From NCBI RefSeq assembly GCF_000281045.1, contig NW_008246074.1, positions 195,211 to 235,415 of the forward strand: a stretch of DNA of 40,205 nt, read 5' to 3'. The notes beneath the pieces were generated by a model. It was given only the letters and a program-made list of their open reading frames with translations, had not been told where the DNA came from and did not search any database. The stretch's first letter is position 1. The number at the start of each line of letters is the position of its first letter. Made by a program: the position numbers and the translations under genes. Origin of the DNA: Saprolegnia diclina VS20 (lineage: Eukaryota). Shown piece by piece: positions 33,496 to 40,205 of the stretch.

Positions 33496-35397
33496 ATGCA
33501 CCGGCAGCTGCATCGGTTCCGAGCGCTGCTGCCGCTTGCCGCCGCTGCGTGGGCGGCGCCTCCCGCCCACAACGAGTCCATTAACGATCGCTACGTCGTC
33601 GGTAAGCAGCTCGGCGTCGGCGGCTTCTCGGTCGTCAAGGCTGCCCGCGACAAGACCACTGGCGCGGACGTCGCGGCCAAGTTTTTCGACATGAAGAGCG
33701 CGTCCATCGATGAGATCGAGGCCGAGGTACTACTGCACTACGATCATAGTCCTGACACTTGATGCGGCCATATCAGATCGACATGCTGCGCTCCATCGGG
33801 CAGCATGCCAACATCGTGTCGCTCCGCGATGTCATTTACGAGCCGACGCGCATCATCATGATCATGGATCTTGTCCGAGGCGGCGAGCTCTTTGACTACA
33901 TTGTGGAAAAGGTCGGACACTAAGAGCTGAGCGTTCTGCGACGACGTGGTTCTAGGGCTCCATGACCGAGGCGGACGCGAGTCGCATCCTGCGCGACGTC
34001 TGCTTGGCACTGGACCATTTGCACCACCGTGGTGTCTGGTGCGACAACGAATAGGGCTACCGCTTGGATATATGCTGAGTGAGCAAACTCACTTAGTCAC
34101 CGCGATCTCAAGCCCGAGAATCTCCTTCTGACCGACACGTCGTCCCACCCTGGCATCAAGATTGCGGTGCGTCGAACGTGCTCCCTGTATATTGACATGG
34201 TCTTTGCTAGGACTTTGGGCTTAGTCGGCGACAACACATTGGCCAATCGATTGTCGAAGACTGCCCCACCGGCACCATGTATGCTAAAACTGAAACTGAA
34301 TCTCAAAACACACGATGTGCTAGGGTGTATTGGGCCCCCGAAATCATCAAGCGCGCGCCTCAAGACGTCGGTGTCGACATGTGGGCCTTTGGCGTCTTGG
34401 TATTATGCTACTTGTTCTATCCAAACTAACGGCTCTCTGTTATATAGCTTTACATTACGCTCACAGGCATTCACCCGTTCGACCCGAAGGGCAATGCGTC
34501 AGACGCGCAGATTCTCGCTCTGGCGGCCAAGGGCGCTTACGACAGTACAAATCACAGTTGAAAGCGAGAGGCTGATGGCCGTATGTGTAGCCGACAACCC
34601 GTGGTATAGCAACCTCTCGGCGCCGGCCAAAGACCTCATCGCCCACCTCCTCGAGCTGGACCCGAAGCGGCGCTACACGGCCGCGCAGGCGCTCGCCCAC
34701 CCGTGGATGCTCCATCGCGACGGCACGACGCCTCTCTCGGACGGCCTCACGTCGCGCTTGCAGGCTTACCGCCGCCTCCAGAAGCTCCGAGCCAACATCC
34801 TCACGGTGATTTTGAGCCAAACCAAGCTCAATGTGGCGAGCCTCCCGCTCTCGTCGCCGTCGCGGCTTCTCGTGCGGCGTGCGCGCACGGCCAACATTGA
34901 CATGTACATGGAAGTCTTCCTCGTCTTTGACAAGGACGGAAACGGCTACGTCTCGCGCTCGGAGCTCGGTGCTGCGCTCCAATCCCTCGGCCAGCGCCTC
35001 ACCGAGTACGTTCCTCCAGTCGGAAACCAAGTTGAATGCCTCTGTCTGTAGGCACGAAATTGACGCCATCATGGGCATGGCCGATGTTGACGGCGACGGC
35101 GGCATCTCGTTTGATGAGTTTGTGAGCATGATGAACTCGAGCTTGTTCAAGTGGGGGGCGCTCGACGAGACCGATATGCACGTGGCGTTCGAGATTTTCG
35201 ACGCGAACCACGACGGCTTCATCTCGGCCGACGAGCTAGCGTATGTCGTGAGTCTCTTTGGCAACACGACGCCCATGTCGGAGGCCGAGGTGCTGGACCT
35301 CATGCGCGCGATCGACGCGAATGGCGATGGCAAGATCGATTACACCGAGTTCGCAGCGCTCATGGGCAACATGCTCAAGCAAAATGACCAAGTCTAA
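33496..35397 (+). CDS. Calcium-dependent protein kinase (CDPK: CAMK-type kinase, junction, 4 EF-hands); multi-exon
   Basis: LGVGGFSVV, VAAK, GGELFDYIVEK, HRDLKPEN, DFG, YWAPE, DMWAFG and AQALAHPW; junction LQAYRRLQKLR; EF loops DKDGNGYVSRSE, DVDGDGGISFDE, DANHDGFISADE and DANGDGKIDYTE. Confidence 0.93.
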
Positions 35398-35810
35398 GGC
35401 GGCGCACGATTATTGTCACCACTTTGATTTGCAAACATATGTGACATCTGGTACTAACTTACTAGTACATGTACCACACTCTCCTTTTACGCCGACAAGC
35501 TCGGAACGATGCCATCGCCGCTGAGCCTCATGTGATAAAAAAATCCTTGCATTATTTCCCTTGGTTGAATTGGTTCCTACACTGCAGTAATGTGTATAGT
35601 ACTCGGCAATAACAGGATCGTGGGGCCGATCGTTGAAGCACGTGCCGGTAGCGAGTCGCCCCGCTCATGCCCGAGGTTGAAGATGTCAAATGCTACACAT
35701 GGAAGAGAAGGATACTAGCCATGAGAACATTGTCGTGGTCTGGTTCACATAAAGTACGATGGACGGGAGATGAGGACTGACCTCCAGCTGTCGTCAAGTG
35801 CACAAGAAGA

Positions 35811-37123
35811 AGAAACGCAGTGCCGTCCGTTGCGACGGTCTGAGTTAAGCAATGCCGCGATCGGTAATTCGTTGAACTGGAAATGATGACGACGAGAAGC
35901 GAGGCACGTCCAGCCTTGGGTGCCAGGAGCGTGCTCGAGGTGCCAGTCCCCACTCCAGCTTCCTCCGCCGCACACATGATGCAAGCAATTGCAGTAGTCG
36001 CATACAAGGTAAGTCACACATGCAGGGAGATACAAGGTGACGATCCGTTGCACCCAAGGAGCTTCGCAGGAAACTTGTGTTCTCAGATACGAGGAATCAT
36101 ATCTTTCGTTACGAAGCGCAAAAACTAACGCAATCCCGCTTCACCTTCTGACTCAGAAGGACTCTCTCTGTTCCTGGCTCAGATGCAACTAAGAGCCTGG
36201 ATCAAAATAGCAGACGTTCAATGAAGGCGTGCATTCGTGAGCAGGGTCAAGGGTACCGGTACATCGTAGTGTCGCTCTCTGCGAGGTCCTGCGCGCCGTA
36301 TTGACCGGAGTCTTTGCTACAACGTACGACATCGACTATGTAAGAGACACTATCTTCAAGAACCACTTGCTTCGCCCACGCAACGACGACGACGGTCCCA
36401 CCCCCACCGTTAGTCCAAGGTCTGTCCATACATGCCAGCCTTCGCAGTGCCACGCTTGGTATGCAAGGTAAACGCCGCGCCCACGAGCGTTGCGTCAGCA
36501 CTGTCGTTGCGTGTAGCAGCACACTCGGTGGTGTTGCTTCGAATGGCTTTGGGCTCTGCGCCGTTGGTATTTGTAGGTCGACTGGCATCGCTCACGAGGC
36601 AAAGACGACGCCGCCGCCATCACGCCGGCTGTTGCCATCCTCCAAACAGCTGGTTCGAATGCGACCACACATGTGCTGTGGGACTCACAGTACAGAGCAC
36701 GTCCCACTGCCGCTCGTAGTGTGTTCTTGCGGTCGACTCGGTCCTTTTGGCACGAGCCGATCGCTCACTTTTCCATTCGATCTCCTCAAGAGACTCGATG
36801 GTGGCGCGACGCAACGAACTCGCACCGGCCGAGCGGCTCTCGTATGTGAGCTCCACGACGGGCATCATCAAGGGCAGCGCCGACGATGGCTTTGCCGAGT
36901 CCAAGACACCCGGCGAGCTCGAAGACGGCGCGCTTCGCAACGGTGACGCGCCCATCTACACGTCGCCCGAGATTCTCGCCCTCCTCTTCCAGTACGCGGC
37001 CATCGGCGTCGTCTACGGCGGCATGAACGGGATGCAGTACCCGGTCTTGACCGGGTACTTTACGCTCCAAGGCAACGTGCTCAACTCGGCGACAGCGCTC
37101 ATGAGTCTTGGCTGGTCGCTCAA
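35811..37123 (+). repeat. Copy 1 of a ~1.3-kb near-identical direct repeat (upstream region plus 5' end of the BT1 gene)
   Basis: Matches 37224-38538 at an offset of about 1415, with a few SNPs and two small indels. Confidence 0.95.
36798..37123 (+). CDS. 5' fragment of the BT1 folate/biopterin transporter (duplicate copy, cut off by the gap)
   Basis: MVARRNELAPAERL...LMSLGWSL is identical in protein to the start of 38213..39937; one synonymous GGC/GGT difference was seen. Confidence 0.7.
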
Positions 37124-37223
37124 NNNNNNNNNNNNNNNNNNNNNNNNNNNNNNNNNNNNNNNNNNNNNNNNNNNNNNNNNNNNNNNNNNNNNNNNNNNNN
37201 NNNNNNNNNNNNNNNNNNNNNNN
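37124..37223. other. Assembly gap (exactly 100 N)
   Basis: Run of N bases; 100 N is a common placeholder for a gap of unknown size. Confidence 1.
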
Positions 37224-38538
37224 AGAAACGCAGTGCCGTCCGTTGCGACGGTCTGACAATGCCGCGATCGGTAATTCGTTGAACTGGAAATGATGACGAC
37301 GAGAAGCGAGGCACGTCCAGCCTTGGGTGCCAGGAGCGTGCTCGAGGTGCCAGTCCCCTCTCCAGCTTCCTCCACCGCACACATGATGCAAGCAATTGCA
37401 GTAGTCGAGTCGCAGCATACAAGGTAAGTCACGCATGCAGGGAGATACAAGGTGACGATCCGTTGCACCCAAGGAGCTTCGCTGGAAACTTGTGTTCTCA
37501 GATACGAGGGATCATGGTTTTCGTTACGAAGCGCAAAAACTAACGCAATCCCGCTTCACCTTCTGACTCAGAAGGACTCTCTCTGTTCCTGGCTCAGATG
37601 CAACTAAGAGCCTGGATCAAAATAGCAGACGTTCAATGAAGGCGTGCATTCGTGAGCAGGGTCAAGGGTACCGGTACATCGTAGTGTCGCTCTCTGCGAG
37701 GTCCTGCGCGCCGTATTGACCGGAGTCTTTGCTACAACGTACGACATCGACTATGTAAGAGACACTATCTTCAAGAACCACTTGCTTCGCCCACGCAACG
37801 ACGACGACGGTCCCACCCCCACCGTTAGTCCAAGGTCTGTCCATACATGCCAGCCTTCGCAGTGCCACGCTTGGTATGCAAGGTAAACGCCGCGCCCACG
37901 AGCGTTGCGTCAGCACTGTCGTTGCGTGTAGCAGCACACTCGGTGGTGTTGCTTCGAATGGCTTTGGGCTCTGCGCCGTTGGTATTTGTAGGTCGACTGG
38001 CATCGCTCACGAGGCAAAGACGACGCCGCCGCCATCACGCCGGCTGTTGCCATCCTCCAAACAGCTGGTTCGAATGCGACCACACATGTGCTGTGGGACT
38101 CACAGTACAGAGCACGTCCCACTGCCGCTCGTAGTGTGTTCTTGCGGTCGACTCGGTCCTTTTGGCACGAGCCGATCGCTCACTTTTCCATTCGATCTCC
38201 TCAAGAGACTCGATGGTGGCGCGACGCAACGAACTCGCACCGGCCGAGCGGCTCTCGTATGTGAGCTCCACGACGGGCATCATCAAGGGCAGCGCCGACG
38301 ATGGCTTTGCCGAGTCCAAGACACCCGGCGAGCTCGAAGACGGCGCGCTTCGCAACGGTGACGCGCCCATCTACACGTCGCCCGAGATTCTCGCCCTCCT
38401 CTTCCAGTACGCGGCCATCGGTGTCGTCTACGGCGGCATGAACGGGATGCAGTACCCGGTCTTGACCGGGTACTTTACGCTCCAAGGCAACGTGCTCAAC
38501 TCGGCGACAGCGCTCATGAGTCTTGGCTGGTCGCTCAA
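37224..38538 (+). repeat. Copy 2 of the ~1.3-kb direct repeat
   Basis: Begins AGAAACGCAGTGCCGTCC as at 35811 and continues into the full transporter gene. Confidence 0.95.
38178..38194 (+). promoter_or_regulatory. Inr/FPR-like core promoter element of the BT1 gene
   Basis: GCTCACTTTTCCATTCG resembles the oomycete consensus GCTCAYTYYNCAWTTT and lies 18 nt upstream of ATG 38213. Confidence 0.5.
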
Positions 38539-39937
38539 AGTCTTCTTTGGCATGCTCTCGGACTGCGTCCCGATCTTTGGCTACCACCGCAAGCCGTACA
38601 TCCTCATCGGGTGGATCCTCACGGCCGTGCTCCTCATCATCGTCGCACTCAAGCCTGCGGGCGAGCCGGCGCCGGACCCGGAGGCCGCCTCGAACGGGTC
38701 GACGCTCGCGCTTTTGTGTGCGGTCGCCTGCTTTTGCTACATCATGGCCGACGTGGCCCAGGACGCACTCGTGGTGTCGTACGCCCAGCGGGAGCCGCTC
38801 GCGCATCGCGGCCGTCTCCAGTCGATGATCTACGCCGTGCGCACGGTCTTTATGGCCATCATGTCGGCCATCTCAGGCTTTTGCCTCAACTCGGAGCGCA
38901 TGGCGGGCTCGTACGACTGGGACATTGGTGTCAACGGGTACTTTTGGATCATGGCGGCCACGTCGCTCCTGAACGTGCCGGTGGTATGGTTCTTCCTCAA
39001 GGACGTCAAGGCGGAGACGCACATCTCCGTGTCGACGTACCTCGAGCAGTTTTGGTCGCTCGCACAAAAGCGGGTCGTGTGGCAGGTCATGATCTTCAAC
39101 TTTATGTTTTCGCTCTTTACGTCGTACATCTCGACGACCGCGTCGTCGTACGTGGCGCGCTACTGGGCCGGGGTCGAAAACCTCAACTCGTCGCTCATCA
39201 GCATCATTTCCAACCTCATCTTTGCCGCTGTCCTCATCGTCACGGGCAAGTACGGCACGCACTGGAACTGGCGCTACGTGCTCATCATCACGACCCTCGC
39301 GACCAACGTCATTGACGCGATCGTTCAGTATTGCACGATTTTCGACGTGATTCGCAACCAGTGGTTCTACCTCGGCGTACCGCTCTCGGAACAGCTCCCG
39401 GCCGGCATCAACTTTGTCGTGGGCACGTTTGTGATTGTCGAGCTCGCCGAAGAAGGCAGCGAAGGCATCATGTACGGTCTGTTGACGACGATCACGAACC
39501 TCCCGGGCGTCTTTGGCCCGATGATTACGAACGTTATTGACGCCAACTTTGACGTCCGCAGCGAAGACATCAAGGGCGACCTCCCCTACACGCGCACGCA
39601 GGTCGCGTACACGTACATCATTGCGTACTCGGCGACGGTCATTGGCTGCCTCTGGGTGTGCATTTTGCCCAACCAAAAGGCGGCCGTCATGGAGCTCAAG
39701 AAGCACGGCGGCAGCTACCCCAAGGTCGCAGCGTTCATCTTTTACGCTTTCTTTGTTATCCTCGCCACGTCCATCACTGGCACGATGACGTCCATGTTTG
39801 ACTCGACCAACTGCCTCAAGCTCGCGGGCGGGGACGGCTGCCCGGACGGCACGTCGCAGCTCTACTTGCTCGGCATCTTTGTGCCCGCCGTCGTGGCGCT
39901 GATTGCGATTGCTTTCGTCTACAAGAAGTATGCGTAA
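38213..39937 (+). CDS. Folate-biopterin transporter (BT1/FBT family, MFS); single exon, 574 aa
   Basis: WSLKVFFGMLSDCVPIFGYHRKPY, MADVAQDALVV, RGRLQS and GSEGIMYGLLTT, plus many hydrophobic segments. Confidence 0.92.
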   Translation: MVARRNELAPAERLSYVSSTTGIIKGSADDGFAESKTPGELEDGALRNGDAPIYTSPEILALLFQYAAIGVVYGGMNGMQYPVLTGYFTLQGNVLNSATALMSLGWSLKVFFGMLSDCVPIFGYHRKPYILIGWILTAVLLIIVALKPAGEPAPDPEAASNGSTLALLCAVACFCYIMADVAQDALVVSYAQREPLAHRGRLQSMIYAVRTVFMAIMSAISGFCLNSERMAGSYDWDIGVNGYFWIMAATSLLNVPVVWFFLKDVKAETHISVSTYLEQFWSLAQKRVVWQVMIFNFMFSLFTSYISTTASSYVARYWAGVENLNSSLISIISNLIFAAVLIVTGKYGTHWNWRYVLIITTLATNVIDAIVQYCTIFDVIRNQWFYLGVPLSEQLPAGINFVVGTFVIVELAEEGSEGIMYGLLTTITNLPGVFGPMITNVIDANFDVRSEDIKGDLPYTRTQVAYTYIIAYSATVIGCLWVCILPNQKAAVMELKKHGGSYPKVAAFIFYAFFVILATSITGTMTSMFDSTNCLKLAGGDGCPDGTSQLYLLGIFVPAVVALIAIAFVYKKYA

Positions 39938-40205
39938 GCTGTCGTAGGCCGACTGTGTTTTTGTAAAGTAATGTGTTGTGTAAACCATTTCTTCTCTCCC
40001 AGTACATGTTTTGGAGGAAAGGCAGACCACGCACAAGCCTCGAACAAGTTTTGAAGCACGACGTCGTCTTCACCAGTCAGGGTATGTGGTGGTCTGTTAA
40101 CCGCATTTGAAATGGTACATGTCCATTCCGGTCTCACTACAGTAGTGTGAGTAAAGTGCCGTGGCCGCACTGGGAGCGATTGGGGTTAGGGTTTCGTCTG
40201 GAACG

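Noticed and set aside
38873..40036. 387-aa minus-strand ORF
   Set aside because: Antisense shadow of the BT1 transporter caused by its codon bias.
40182..40194. GGGGTTAGGGTTT telomere-like / telo-box sequence near the window end
   Set aside because: A single unit, not an array; compatible with chance.

Overview
Gene-dense eukaryotic DNA, GC-rich in coding regions, with many short (~40-55 nt) GT-AG introns. Gene content and style point to a water-mould oomycete (Saprolegniales-like); this is inferred, not proven. Left to right: two tandem minus-strand Slo/BK-family K+ channel genes (the first runs off the left edge); WRAP73/WDR8 head-to-head with a small hypothetical gene; a large tandem-Tudor + ARM-like + acidic disordered protein; a YtcJ/LAF3-like amidohydrolase; a disordered protein with a weak HEIP1/REDIC1-like N-terminus; a Mut-7/EXD3 exoribonuclease; a membrane-anchored TPR protein; a GAF-like class I cyclic-nucleotide phosphodiesterase; a decayed Crypton-type tyrosine-recombinase transposon with inverted repeats; a 4-EF-hand CDPK; and a BT1 folate/biopterin transporter whose 5' region appears twice around a 100-N gap, probably as uncollapsed haplotypes. 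The most interesting items are (1) a YbaK/ProXp-like tRNA-editing-type domain inserted in frame between the two nuclease domains of the Mut-7/EXD3 protein, (2) the Crypton remnant and its repeat architecture, and (3) a four-cysteine turret shared by both K+ channels. Exon structures were joined by eye and gene spans include introns. No database searches were run.
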